Shown here piece after piece: positions 49,669 through 63,107 of a DNA stretch of 64,000 nt. The translations under genes were made by a program, and so were the position numbers. The stretch comes from Octopus sinensis (taxonomy: Eukaryota): the NCBI RefSeq assembly GCF_006345805.1, contig NC_043004.1, positions 67,394,001-67,458,000 of the forward strand, in the 5' to 3' direction. Position 1 is the first letter of the stretch. Every line of letters begins with the position of its first letter. Under the pieces are notes generated by a model. The model had not been told where the DNA came from and searched no databases. It saw only the letters and a program-made list of their open reading frames with translations.

Positions 49669-51849
49669 TTGTGTGTTTGTGTGTATGTATGTATGTATAT
49701 ATATATATATATATATATTGGTACATAAATTGATATTATGTATACATAGTTACACACTTGTGTGTGTGTGTGTATGTGTGTGTTTGCGTGTGTGTGTACA
49801 CGCATGCATATAAACATGAATATTCACGCAGATGCTGCACACACACTGCAAGAAACACAAATACATATATATATTTATACAATATTCCAATGTTTAAAGC
49901 TTTTATTGAAACTAGTTTAGCACCAGAGAACACAAACGCTTTTCTTTTATTAGTGCCATATATCTTTTTTCCATGGATCTTCCTTTTTTCTGTTATTTTG
50001 TTTCGTTTTGCTTTCCTGCGAATGATATAATGCTATCTCTCTCTTATATTTATTTTATCACATATATTTAAATAACTTTTGATGCTGTTAGATCCATTCC
50101 TACACTTATCTTTGAAAACATTAAAAGGTTATCGATACTATTACAAAAAACGTTTTTACAGATTAATGAAAATATATGATATCTATTTATCTCGTTCCAT
50201 ATTCACATTCAGCGTCTAAAATATGCAGTTCGAAACAATTATTTCAATGTAAAGGTGTATATTTGTTTTTCTAAATTATCTGCAAATGTACAAACAAAAT
50301 CAGGTAAAGTGGATGAGTGTATTAACTAAAATATCCTTAAAATTTGAGGTCTTTTTTTCGCAAAATTATCATTCTACGATTTCAAATAATGCATGACTCT
50401 GTGAATGAATTGTATATATATATATTCCATGTTTCATTCATTAATCTGAGGTGATGCTGGGGCGTAGCCTAAAAAATTGTTTTACGCTGGTTACTTATTC
50501 TCTTGGTCCGGTATTGGTGTGATTACAGGTATGGAAACACACCAACACGGGTTGTCAAGCGGTTGTGAAGGACATACAGAGACAGAAAAACATATATGTG
50601 TGTATGTGATGTGCGTTTGTGTATGTATGTGTAATATAACATGAAAATAACGCTGTAGTATATGACAGTATATTTAGTGTTGTACGGAATCTTATTAAAT
50701 CAAAGATATATTGCTCGTATATATAACTGACTTTTGCGTTCACAGTAAGACCTATTTTAAAATAGTGAATATACATAGTGAACAGTTTGGTGAGGGAACG
50801 ATCGTTTCGTAATCGCCGGGATGGGAGCAGAAAGCTGATGTACTATTTAGATCTAATCATGGGCCCCAATCGAAACCAAGGTCCTTGAGAAAGAATATAT
50901 TGATGTTTATAATTTCTTGTCTATAGACGGCTTTTCATTTGACGGACGCGATTTTTTCTGTCAAATCGGTGAACGAGAATAGCTAGATAGATAGAGACAG
51001 ACAGACAGACAGGTTAGACAAACGTATGAAACACCTCAGGATATTTAGCTATTTATTCAACTTGCAGTACGACAACTTCGCATAATTCATACGAAATCAC
51101 GTCTTCAGACATGCATTCATATGCATTATGCATGCCTTGTAATTTATGATAGAATCCTCTGTTTTCTCTCTTTTTCAACTATTTATATTTAAATAAGCTA
51201 AATTCTTTAACGTATCTCAATTTGTAATATGACAAAATTTGAATCACTAAAACGAATAATACTTCGAGAGATACATTCTCCAAAATCATGTTGGCTTTGC
51301 AAAACCAAAGCAAAATATGCTCTGACATGTATCATTCTAGACGCAAACTATATAATAGACAATTGTGAAGGAATGCAATAATGAAATGATTGTTCCCCCA
51401 AAACTCGAAGTACATCAGCAAAATGAATAACTGAGCTAACCCACCACATTGTATATGCAACCTCAAGGAAAAACCATTAGTCACGAGCCTCAAAACAGCT
51501 GAAAGCCGTAGCAGGGATGCAAACGCTGTCTCGCTTCTGTCCAACATTAACAACTGTAGGAGGAAATATGATCTCAACATAATCTGAAATGATCAACGAC
51601 GTAGTGGAAATTCAGATCTGATTAGAAATCATTCACTCTTTTCCCAGTTTGGGTCAATTTTAAATCAGCATAGAGCCTAAAGATAACATCCATCCTAAAT
51701 ATTTCAATCTACCGCAAAGCATAGAGTTTACAATTCACAAAAAAGTAAACACCAACAATTGTTGGAGTGATACCTGGGGACGTTCATAATTTGCCGTTTA
51801 GACACACGCATCATAAATGTGGTATTTCTTTTATTCATTATATTTATGC

Positions 51850-52148
51850 GCCCTTTTCAAGAATACCCAGGCTCATGGGTACGGTTTCCCTGTTTCTATA
51901 ACGTATGGGTTCTCTCCAGCTGAACAGGATGCCAATCCATCGCAGTGTTACTCAAGAAACAGGAAGAAAGAGTGAGAGAAAGATGCGGTGAATGAATACA
52001 AAAGGCGTCGCCACCACTTCCTGCCGGAGCCTCGTAGAGCTTTAGATGTTTTCGCTTAATAAAACACACACAACGCCCGGTCTGGGAATCGAAATCGCAA
52101 TCCTTCCTCCGCGAGTCCACTGCCCTAACCACTGGGTCATTGTACCTC
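51850..52148 (-). mobile_element. tRNA-derived SINE, head A + tail Y
   Basis: Head collinear with 39620-39809; tail collinear with 8178-8285. Confidence 0.88.
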
Positions 52149-52534
52149 CTATTTTCTTTAATTTTAAGTATTATTATTTTATTCTCTTTGTCAAAGTTCT
52201 TTCGTCACACACCCTGTTGCCTCATCAACGACTCTCTCTCCCACCTGTTTTCTCCAGGATTTCACAGCAAGATTCTTGCAGGACAAATGCGTAAACATAT
52301 AACTGGAATGTTTCCGAAGATTATATCCATACTATTTTAATATACACTGTTCACTGACGGTAGCGCAATCTACCGATTCAAATGACTAATGAATAAATAC
52401 GAAGATAACAAAAGCGAATTAGACTACTTGCATATAGTTAATCCAAACATGAACAAAGAGAAAACACAACAACGCGAAGACGTGGAATAAGTACTTTGTT
52501 ATTGGACGCTCAGGAGAGGAAAGAAAGAAGGAGG

Positions 52535-52569
52535 ATTTAATGTTTTGAGTGGAGCTCTTCGTCAGAAAC
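52535..52569 (-). ncRNA. Minimal hammerhead-like motif, decayed, in a ~200-bp repeat (~52440-52640)
   Basis: Minus strand GTTT-CTGACGAA-GAGC-tcc-ACTC-AAAAC-ATT-AAAT. Restoring three CpA to CpG gives GAGC/GCTC-GAAAC-GTT. Confidence 0.6.
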
Positions 52570-52651
52570 ATAGAAAAAGGAAAGGTCCAAGGATAGGAAG
52601 AGGGAGAAAGAAAATCGCCAACGATACACACGCGGTCACACACACACACAC

Positions 52652-52708
<57 letters not shown>

Positions 52709-53521
52709 CAAACATATATATATATATATATATATAATCAGCATACTTGCATGTGAGCACAAGTCAATGTAGCGACCGAAGAATTTAAGCTGCGTACAAA
52801 TGTGATTTTGCCGCCAGAAACAGCACTGTTCTGAAATATACTGTTATATATGGCCGTCTCAGTGTCGCCGAAAATGGAAGACATCTAGGAGGTGGCGGTT
52901 TTTTTTAAAATATAATTATAGCAATTGTAGCGCCATTTAGGAAAGTTTAATTTAGAATAAATTTATCATAAATATTAAAGGACTGGCAATTATATTAGGT
53001 TCCTAAATCTCTTGTTGACCATTATGCAGATATCAGCGTGTTTGTATGAGTTATGCTAGTGTCCACACATCTTCATATGCAGCTGAAACATAAACACGCA
53101 CTGATATATATGTGTTGTGTGCGTTTGTGTGTTTATATATATATGTATGTATATATGAATGTATATATATAAACATTTACATATACACATTTATAAATAT
53201 ACATATACACATATATACATATACATAAAGATATACATATACAAAATCATTTGAATTTATATATAAATGTGTATATATACATACATACACACATATATTT
53301 GTATATGCTTATATCTATCTGTATCTGTATATGTATACATATGTATGTATACATGTGTGTGTATATATATATATACATACATATGCACACATATATATAT
53401 ATATACATATATATATATGTATGTATGTATGTGTGTGTTTGTGTATTGTAAGAAATGTATATATGTGTTTGTAAATGTGTACGTTTGTGTCTGTCCTCAA
53501 ACGTGTATTTCGTTGCGTTTC

Positions 53522-53559
<38 letters not shown>

Positions 53560-54130
53560 CCTCCTCTCTCTCCATATGAATGTGTGTATACGAGCGTGTT
53601 TGAGTCTGTGTGTTTTGTTGGCTGTTTCCAGTGTTTACATATGTATACTTGATTAAGTATTTCCACTAAGTAAATGTAGTCCTAAGTGCATAGCCAGAAA
53701 CAATGACACTGATTATAGTGCCAACTTGTGAAAGTTCCAAACAGCCAGTTGGCTTTCTTCCAGCACAGCATCAGCATCAGCAGGATCTCACAAACATCAC
53801 AAGCATAAGCAGAACACTAGTAACAATGCACACAGCAAGAACAATAACCATAATAATACCGTGAAAACAACAAATACAACAACAGGATATTCAACAAAGG
53901 CACTCGTAGTAACAGTAACAACATTAAGACAACCGAGAAAGAAAAAAATATTAAAACCACAGAAAAAGAAAAAAAATCTCAAACAAAAATGCTGGAACAC
54001 AGCAGACTGTATAAATAATAATTCTTACTTTTGCTTCCGTATGTGATTGTCTGTGTGTCTGTGTGTGTGGTGTATATAATACATATACATATATATACAT
54101 ATATATACATATATATATACATACATACAT

Positions 54131-54195
<65 letters not shown>

Positions 54196-54359
54196 TTGAA
54201 ATTTTTATCCTATATATTAGATATATTATGTATAGGTAGATATATAGATATAGTTGTACATATACATGTGTGTGTCTGTGTGTATGTGTGTGTTTGTGCG
54301 CGTGTGTGTGTACACGCTCTGCTAATGCTTACTATTTTAGGTATGGTTTGTTTACTCAA

Positions 54360-54830
54360 TGACTGTCTCTTCAAAGATGATGATATTTACGACGGCGACG
54401 ACGACGTCGATAATGATTGTGGTTGAGGAGGACGGGGATGAGGATGAGGAGGGAATAGGAGGGCGAGAAGAACGATCAGGGAGTGGACGAGGTGGAAGTA
54501 GAAGACGGGAGTAGAAGGAGGAGGAGGAAGATGCGTAGCACGACGACGAGGACAAGGACATATTGATGATGATGATGATGATGATTACAAAGACTATGAC
54601 GATACTGGTTATCATGATGATAGCCGTGGCGGTAATGATGATAATGATGATGATGATTACGATGATGTTGACATTGACGTTGGTAAAATATGACGACGTT
54701 GACGACTGCCCTGAGATGATCACTATGATGTTTATGACGATGCTTTTTTTTCATCTTTCGTTTTGGCCAGGGAGCACTTTAATGGCGTTGGTGATGCTGG
54801 TGTGGTGGCAACTACAAGGATAATGATGGT
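54360..54830. repeat. Degenerate (GAT/GAC/GAG) trinucleotide mosaic
   Basis: Directly visible. Confidence 0.9.
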
Positions 54831-55107
54831 GATATCACTGAAGTTTATAATTTTTGGGTAAGTAGGCAAAAGAAAGAAAGAAAGAAAGAAATAACAGATC
54901 GATAATAAAAATACCACGTTTCCTATTGTTGTTTTCGCTGACCATAATGATAATCTTCCTAGTGTTGCCTTTGTAGCTGTTTCTGGTATTGGTGTTGCTG
55001 TAACTATTAATGTTTATGATGCCAAATATGATAATGAGGGACGATTTAAACACTAGAGAGATTTCTTTTAGCCACACAGCTGCGCAAATCATTGGTAGAA
55101 ATTATTA

Positions 55108-55138
55108 TACTATATTATTATTATTATTATTATTATTA

Positions 55139-55170
<32 letters not shown>

Positions 55171-55184
55171 TATTATTATTATTA

Positions 55185-55217
<33 letters not shown>

Positions 55218-55250
55218 CATCATCATCATTATCATTATTATTATCATTCT
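55108..55250. repeat. (ATT)n/(CAT)n microsatellite
   Basis: Directly visible. Confidence 0.95.
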
Positions 55251-55620
55251 TATTATCCCCGCTTTACCGAAGGCGGAAGTATTGTTTTCAGTCATGTTTG
55301 TTTGCTTGTCCTTCGACAAGATATCTCGAGAACTGCCACATGGATTCAGATGAAACATTCAGGGATGTTTGGCCTTGTACCCGGCACGAACCGATTAGAT
55401 TTAGGGATCGATCCGGTACCGTAAAAGGTTTCTGGATTATTTTCTTGTTGTTTTACTTAAGTTTTGAGAGCGGTCGTGTTCATTTCTAGTATTCTTGTTT
55501 ATGAAAGCAGTCGAGATTATTTCAGATATTCTCATTATAAAAATCATCTCTGGCTGATTGTTGAGAGAACTTTGGTGTTACCTTGGCGGAGGTTTGCGCT
55601 CTCTGGGTGCTCTTGTTATT
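55251..55620 (+). mobile_element. Helentron-type non-autonomous element (HINE/DINE-1-like), apparently complete
   Basis: 5' TATTATCCCCGCTTTACCGAAGGCGGAAG palindrome, TTTG repeat, 3' subterminal repeat CCTTGGCGGAGG and hairpin GCGCTCTCTGGGTGC, ending CTTGTT in T-rich flanks. Confidence 0.8.
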
Positions 55621-55639
55621 GATTTTATCATTATAAATA

Positions 55640-55760
55640 AGGCAGGATCGTTAGCACACCGGGCAAAATACTTAGCGGTATGTTGTCCATCACTGCGCTC
55701 TGAGTTCAAATTCAGCCTAGGTCGACTCTGTCATTCATTCTTTCGGGGTTGATAAATTCT
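55640..55760 (+). mobile_element. SINE family M, 3'-truncated
   Basis: GGCAGGATCGTTAGCACACCGGGCAAAATACTTAGCGG..CTGAGTTCAAATTC. Confidence 0.8.
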
Positions 55761-57589
55761 TGCTGAGTGTCTTCCTGATGACTAGGGTAGAGAACATCAC
55801 TGTATACATTGATAGGTCATTCAAAAAAAGACACCAGATTGTTGATTTTCAAAGTCAGGTAATAGAGAAAAAATAGAGAAAGAAGAAAAGGAAAAAAGAG
55901 GTGAAAGGAAATAAAATTCGCAGCAACAATGCTCTTCTCAATACAAGTGACGTAGCAGTTAAGGAAATATTTTATATTATTTGTAGCATACATTACAGTT
56001 TGTAGTATATATTCAAGTAATGTCTTAAAATACAGAAAAATGTAGGCTCCCCAGTAGCTTACATTACAATATATTACACATTTAGAATTGTCTCATCTGT
56101 ATGTTATATAAGCATGGTTGCGTGGTTATCAAGTTTACCTTTTGTGAGTAATGATGTGTGCTTCATTCTGCTGTGTTGCATCTTGAGCGAGTATCTCCAA
56201 ACTAGACTCGGGTCGACATGTTTTTTCTATGTGGTTAAGTAAATCCTTTCACGATCTCATAATGTTGAATTCAGTTCCGCTGCATTGTGCACTGGGCAAG
56301 TGACTTTAGCAGGTGCCCCAGATTAGTCAAGGCTTTCTGAGTTCTATCAGTATACATGAACCATTCAGAAGATCTTGTTGGACATAAAATAAATATATTA
56401 TGAAAGGAAATGGCAAAATTCTTATAAGATTAAGTTACATATGACTAGCTCTATGCGTTTATTTTTCTAGCATTTTCTATCTCAGCTATGAAAAGACAGA
56501 TCTGGCAAGTACTAATAAATGATATTATACGCTGAGAAGTTGTAATAAGACAGAAACTAGTATGAGTTAAGTCACCTTTTTCCACTTATCAGGGGAAATC
56601 CTCACTTCATTCCCACAATCAAAATTTAATTAGTTTTAAATCATTTGAGTTTCAGTGATATCTCTCCAGACGTTCTTGTCGAGAATTAATCATTGAGCTA
56701 GTTAATATTTTCTACTGGCTATATATTTAATTTCCTTAATTGAATTGCACGGATAACTAAATTATGCTAGTAAAGGCATAACCACTTGTTATTCATACAG
56801 ATAATATTCATGAGGAAATTTCCATTGTCATTTTTGCAGCTTAAACATTTTATATCTCTGAATCTATCTGTGGATAAAAAATAGGGGTTAATTAAAATGC
56901 TAATCATTTATCATGTTGGTTAAAAATTAAATCGAGACTAAGAGACGTAGTCAAAAGTTATTTCATTTTGATGTTCCCATTACAACCCTAATTTATTTGT
57001 GTTTTTTGTTGAGACTCATAGTGGCCTCAATGTCGATGGTATATTACTTATCGTCACCACATCCGAAAAGCGAGACATAATGGCGCTTGTGATCTTGTGC
57101 GTATTTCTTGAATGAGTGTGTTTGTTTTATGTTTTTCTGCTTTTCTTATGCCAGTGTTTCTGCATAGGTTAATTAATATTATATCATAAAATCCACGAGA
57201 AGGTGAGAAACATGGCGGCCTTAGTCATCACGGAATGGCCACATTGAAATATCAAGTAATTAAAATTAATTGTAATAATTAATTAAAGATAAAAATATAT
57301 ATAGCAAATAAAATTCTATATAAAATTCATAAAACCTTTCAAAAAAGTATAAATGTACTGTCATGTAAATATATTCAGTTACCGGCACACAAAGACACAC
57401 ATATATGTATATGTGTTTTTGTGTGTATGCATACAGCCATACGAATATGCATCCAAATATTTATACATACATATGCAATGGTGGATGTGTATATACATAT
57501 GGAAGTGTACATAGACACTTATACACACACACATATAAATACATATACATAAATATATATGTACATATACAAAGATATTTATATATATA

Positions 57590-57591
57590 TA

Positions 57592-57641
<50 letters not shown>

Positions 57642-57739
57642 ATATTTACTTTATTTAAAGCAGCAGAAAATTCAACAAAACCTGTTACTCTGAGTTTCAC
57701 ATTACAGTTCATCGAACAGTTTTTGCTAGATATATATAT

Positions 57740-57770
<31 letters not shown>

Positions 57771-57771
57771 A

Positions 57772-57804
<33 letters not shown>

Positions 57805-57813
57805 TTATGTATT

Positions 57814-57866
<53 letters not shown>

Positions 57867-57947
57867 TATATATATATGTATTTATATATATATACACATA
57901 TACATACACACACACACACACACTCACACACACAACACACACATACA

Positions 57948-57985
<38 letters not shown>

Positions 57986-58010
57986 TATATATATATATAT
58001 ATGCATATAC
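57590..58010. repeat. Compound (AT)n/(AC)n microsatellite
   Basis: Directly visible. Confidence 0.95.
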
Positions 58011-58593
58011 ATATTTAAATACATGATAAATTGGGGAATAATCAGTGAGTAGTGGATTGTTGATGTTATAAAGTCATTATTTAATAAAATATTGACTTTA
58101 TAACCTAAACTATTGTTTATTGTGCTTAGATTGGAGGTCAATCAGTGTATGTATTCAGCGTTATAGTTGTTACATATTACGGAATTTTCACTAAATGTAT
58201 TCTCTCGACCGGCAACGCTGTATGGAGGCAAATCTCGAAGTTTGACAAACCGCTCTAACACATATATACATCTTTATCTTTTATTTGTTTCAGTCTTTAG
58301 TCCACGGTTATATTGGGGAACCGCCTGGATGGGTTCAATCAAACATATTGAGCGTAATACTAAGTGTAATACTTATTATATTGGACTCTCTCTTAATAAC
58401 TTGATTGCATCATCTGTGGTTGTCAAGGGACAGTGCATGACAGTCACTAACAATCATTGACACATATATGTATATATAAGGACAACGATTGTGCGTCGTA
58501 TAGCCGGCTGGAGACGATGTCTTCTGGGGATAAACAATAGTAGCATTCGCTCCAAAATGGGACTGCCATATTAGGTTGGCAAAAAGTCATTAC

Positions 58594-58594
<1 letters not shown>

Positions 58595-58665
<71 letters not shown>

Positions 58666-58940
58666 CGTGTGCGTGTGCGTGTGTATGTGTGTGTGTGTTT
58701 GTGCTTTTGCGTGTGTGTGTGTGTGTTTGCGTATGTGTGCGTGTTTACGCACGTATGTATTTGTGTATGTATATACGAGAGGTTTGTTTTCTGTTTCCGA
58801 CAACCAAATCCACTGAAAGTGCTTTCGAAGGCCTGACGACTTAGTAGAAGACACTTGAACAATGTGCCAAGCTGTGGAACTGAACCCAGAACCATATGGT
58901 TTTGAAGCATATTTGTTATAACACAGCCACAACTATGCCT
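58595..58940 (-). mobile_element. SINE family C head with adjoining expanded (GT)n
   Basis: GTAGAAGACACTTGAACAATGTGCCAAGCTGTGGAACTGAACCCAGAACCATATGG..ACACAGCCAC. Confidence 0.75.
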
Positions 58941-60339
58941 ATATAGAAATGTGTCGCATAAGGGAAAAGAAGAATGAAGAAAACAAATTCTCACTGGTTA
59001 ACATGGTGGTTATATAGAAAATACGTATACGATACTCTATATAAATGACTATCCATCATTCTTTTAGTTGCTACAGGTGCTGGATAGCGGCAATAAAGTG
59101 GCAGCGATATAAAGGTCCCAGAAACGAAATTTACCACATGGCATATTTTTTTGTTCTGAACTTAATCTTTCGAAGCTTTTTCTTCGAAACTTTGAGATAC
59201 GAAAAGTACTTGGTTATGCACCTCACCTTCACCATAAATATGTTATACTTCTTGCTTAAGTATAACTATCTTATTTGCAAAATATCAGCTAAGAAAAATT
59301 GCTGTGACGATGACACTTATTTAGACGATCATATTCACTCTTATCGTTTCAAAATGTGTACAAGTAACCCCAAAATTAGAGGTATATCCTCCTTGGGAAC
59401 AGAACTTTCAATAACTGAAGAAACTCTGTGGAAATTAAGTCGAAAAAAAATCATGGATTTCAATCGAACTTTTTAACTATCCATTTACTTCGCTTCCGAT
59501 AGAATAATATACATTTGACAATTTGGAAAGTGATGAATATGGAATCAGTATTGCTTGAAGATATTGTTATGTAAGATCTTTATGACGATAATAATCATTA
59601 AAACAAATATCATGAAGCAGGAGTTGCGTTACTCTTCGTAAATATATTCACGAAATTTGATGCAAAGATATTAAAAAATACGGAAGGAAGCCATTGCCAC
59701 ACGTTTTGGTAAATAGCAATGTTTGCAAACGTAAATGGAAATATCAAATGACTGAAGCATTAAGACTATATAAGATTTTATTTCCAAACACTCATAAACA
59801 TCATAGTTATTATCGATATCAAATATACGTATATACGTGTATGTGGCTGTATATCTTCTTGTATGTGTGGATAAACGCACACATATACAACAAAAAAACT
59901 TGAAGTCTATGTACTCTCGGTTCTCACCCGAAATTAGCATCTGAATCTCCAATTGCACATTTCTGATATTTTATCTAATTGATAATCAGCACAATGTCTC
60001 AAATGATTGTCTGTAACTAACGTTTTATGGACTAAAAGGAGACTTTAACGACCATAGTAACTGAAATTCGTAAACTCAATGAAATAACAGTATGCATAAC
60101 ATCACTTAATGCTCTATGACGTCAGAATCAGCATTCTACAGTTTCCTGTTCCATGTTATTTTGGAGGGTACTTATAAAATGTAGTGACGTAACACTTTGG
60201 GATGTATGTACATTATTTAACGAAAGCATGGCAGATCAAATACACACTTCGTATAAGAGTGGTTCAAGAAACTAAAATAGAGCGGTAAAAATGAGAGCCG
60301 AGTATGATTAAGCCTCTACATCACGGTCGTCCCTATAAC

Positions 60340-60690
60340 ACTGAAACTGGATGAAGACTCCTTCGATCATGAATGACTGTAGGATTGTTCCTTGAAAGTT
60401 ATGCTCCGAGGCACAAGTCCGCGCAAGTTTGTTTATGGAAGACCGGCAGTTGCCAATGCATACCAGCCTCCTCTCTCCATGCCACTGATGTTATCCAAGG
60501 GAAAGGCACAGTCCGATACAGCTTGGTACCAGTGGTGTCGCAAGTCATTTCTAGAGGTGTGGGAACTAGAGCAACCTGAAATAAAGTGTCTTGCTCATGA
60601 ACACAACACACAGCCTGGTCCAGGAATTGAACTCACTAACATACAGTTGTCAGCCCGACGCTCTAACCACTGCGCTAGGCACTACATCAG
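60340..60690 (-). mobile_element. tRNA-derived SINE, head-B-like + third tail (Z)
   Basis: GAGCAACCTGAAATAAAGTGTCTTGCTCATGAACACAAC..GGAATTGAACTC..CTCTAACCACTG is the reverse complement of the head B region; tail is unrelated to X or Y. Confidence 0.8.
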
Positions 60691-60794
60691 TTACCACTAA
60701 TACTACACACACAAACACACACACGCACAAACGCAAACACATATTTCTAATGAGAGAGGGCAAGAGCTAAGTTGCGTTAGTGAATACTTACATG

Positions 60795-61210
60795 CCTGGC
60801 TTAGACGCTTCAGATTTTCCTTCCCAGCTCGAGCCAGCGGGGCTTGAACGTGGGGACAGTAAAACGCCTCACTGTGACAGTTTTCCTACTCCGTGGCGGT
60901 AGGCCTGTCACCTGAAATGCCACATGGTGTAACACCTTCTCCGGCAGCAACTTGATATGTTCAGCTACCATCCCAGTCTTATCTACTAAGCAGGTTGAGA
61001 AAAGCAGACTGTCAAAGTAGCAGTCACTCACTCACAGGTTTATGCTCGAGTCTGTGACAGCGGAAATATCCAGGGCCCTCAAATCACCGGAACATATCAC
61101 TGATCACCGAGATTCACAGTGGTTGTTCCAGGGCTTCTCTCTCTCCATTCTCGGTGCAATGACATTTCCATTTTGTCTATTGAAGCCATGAGGCAATCTG
61201 AATTACAGTA
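60795..61210 (+). mobile_element. CRE-clade non-LTR retrotransposon 3' end (restriction-like endonuclease)
   Basis: LEPAGLERGDSKTPH..PW..; NATWCNTFSGSNL; RDSQWLFQGFSLSIL/RCNDISIL. Resembles recalled CRE motifs LEP.GL.R.DGKRPDG..WD.TC.DT..WLFQRLS.A..RGNA.SIL. Confidence 0.75.
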
Positions 61211-61599
61211 AATAAAGAAAATGCATGAATTTTGCTACACAAAAAATATACACATAGTAATCAACCTTTTCTTTTAAACTACTGGCTTCTTAAGTATTAA
61301 GTATCGAAATAAAAAAAAAACATTAAAGAATTAATATTTTAAAACTCGAATTAGAAAACAGTAGATATTGTATCCAGCAGCTGTATGTTTCTGACGATGT
61401 CTGCCATAAATTGAACACCAATGTATTTATATTCCAGCTTAAAGATACAAACAGCAATACATAATACCAAAGATTCCATCTTTTTCATCTTTGTTGAGGA
61501 CACATTACTGCTTGAGCTTCAATTGACCACAAGTATTTAACATCCTGCCAAGCGTTTATATGTCTGTATTGGATGTACAATATAGCGAAGCCGCGGGGA

Positions 61600-62000
61600 A
61601 GAAAGTATATACACGACGTACAACTATTACTATTACACGAGACTCAACGCTCTGTATCAAAGGCTCATATTGAACCGCTACCAACAGGACCTCCAATCGC
61701 TGAGAGTTCTTTGTTTTATAATAATGAGTCAGCCCGTCTTTAGTCACTACGGATGGGGGTGCCAATCCTTTCACAACAAAACAACCTCAAAGAATTGCGT
61801 GGTATAAATGTGGAAACTTTCAAAAAGTAGCTGGACACATTCCTACCTGAAATCCCAGATGAACCCACGTCGTGGTAGTAGGCACAAAAAGGAACAGTTC
61901 CATCCAGCTCGCTTCTCCAAAAACATTACAGAAAGGAGACTTGAAAACACTAAAAAACGTTGCTCCAGTATAACCTCAGCCTATTGTTGAAGCCAGTACA
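61600..62000 (+). mobile_element. CR1/L2-group LINE 3' remnant
   Basis: TRDSTLCIKGS.. and LRGINVETFKK*LDTFLPEIPDEPTS resemble the SL.VKGP.LFN.LP..FK.KLD.FL..IPDEP C-terminus. Confidence 0.55.
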
Positions 62001-63064
62001 ATATAGAAGGTATAAGATATATATGTATGTGTATGCATGTATGAACACAAATATATATGTAAATGTATTTAGATAGATAGAGGGACTGGCAGAGTAGTAG
62101 ATAGATAGATACATGTGAGATAGATGTATGGATGCATGGATGAATGAAAGAATCAACACACAAATACACAGCATAGTGAAGACTATCAAGAAAAATATTC
62201 ATAAATATCTGGAACTGAAAAATCTAAAACAAATACCAAATATAGAAGAATAAGCAATCAAATGAAAAAGAAGATTTTTAGAAAAATAAATAAATCAATA
62301 GGAAGGACACAGAACACAAAATAACATTGAGTAATCGATAAAGATAAACCACGAATATTACCAACAACTACAGCAATGAAATAAAAAGAAATTGGAAATA
62401 AAATATTGAGTTAAACGGATTTTTTTGAAAAAAATATAGAGATATAACTTACAGAAGAAGGATGAAAACAAATAGAATAAATATTGGTAAAAGCAAATGC
62501 TACGTGTACGGGAAGGACAATAATACAATAAAATAAAGAAATATATTTTAAAGAGGAAATAAATTTGGGCAAAAAGAAAATTTAGCATAAAAATGTAGAA
62601 TGGAATTTGTGATAGGCTGAGAGCTAAACGTAAACGGAATTAAGAAGAGCGAAAAAAAATCTGTAATATTGTAGTAAACCATTCACTGAAGAAATACGAT
62701 AGTCCACGCTTGACAAAGGGTCAATGGGAAAACATGCCTCAAGATGGAATGATAATTTATCGCCATTTAAATGTAATTAAAATGATTTAGCAAGGATAAT
62801 TGATGGCTTCAATTCTTGGACCCCCTACAAACATTTAACTGAGATTATCTTTAAGGAGTTGCTGAAGAACATGCGGGAGTGAGGAAGAGAACATTCAGTG
62901 GGAGCGAGTGATATTAGAGATGAGAAGCAGTGAGGGAGGGATGCATGTGGAAGCAAGTATTTGTTTTCTTGTACACACATGACTATGTATGTGTGTATGT
63001 ACGTATGTATGGATGGATGGATGTGTGTGTGAGTGTGCGCATTTATGTACATATGCCTTTTCTT

Positions 63065-63107
<43 letters not shown>

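Noticed and set aside
57205-57222. AAACATGGCGGCC, a YY1-like motif
   Set aside because: Single short motif with no CpG island, TSS or exon context.
58575-58595. TATTAGGTTGGCAAAAAGTC, a mariner-like TIR
   Set aside because: Isolated end with no partner TIR or transposase sequence.
59045-59476. 143-aa ORF, possible transposase remnant
   Set aside because: No convincing DDE/D or other motif in any frame by eye.
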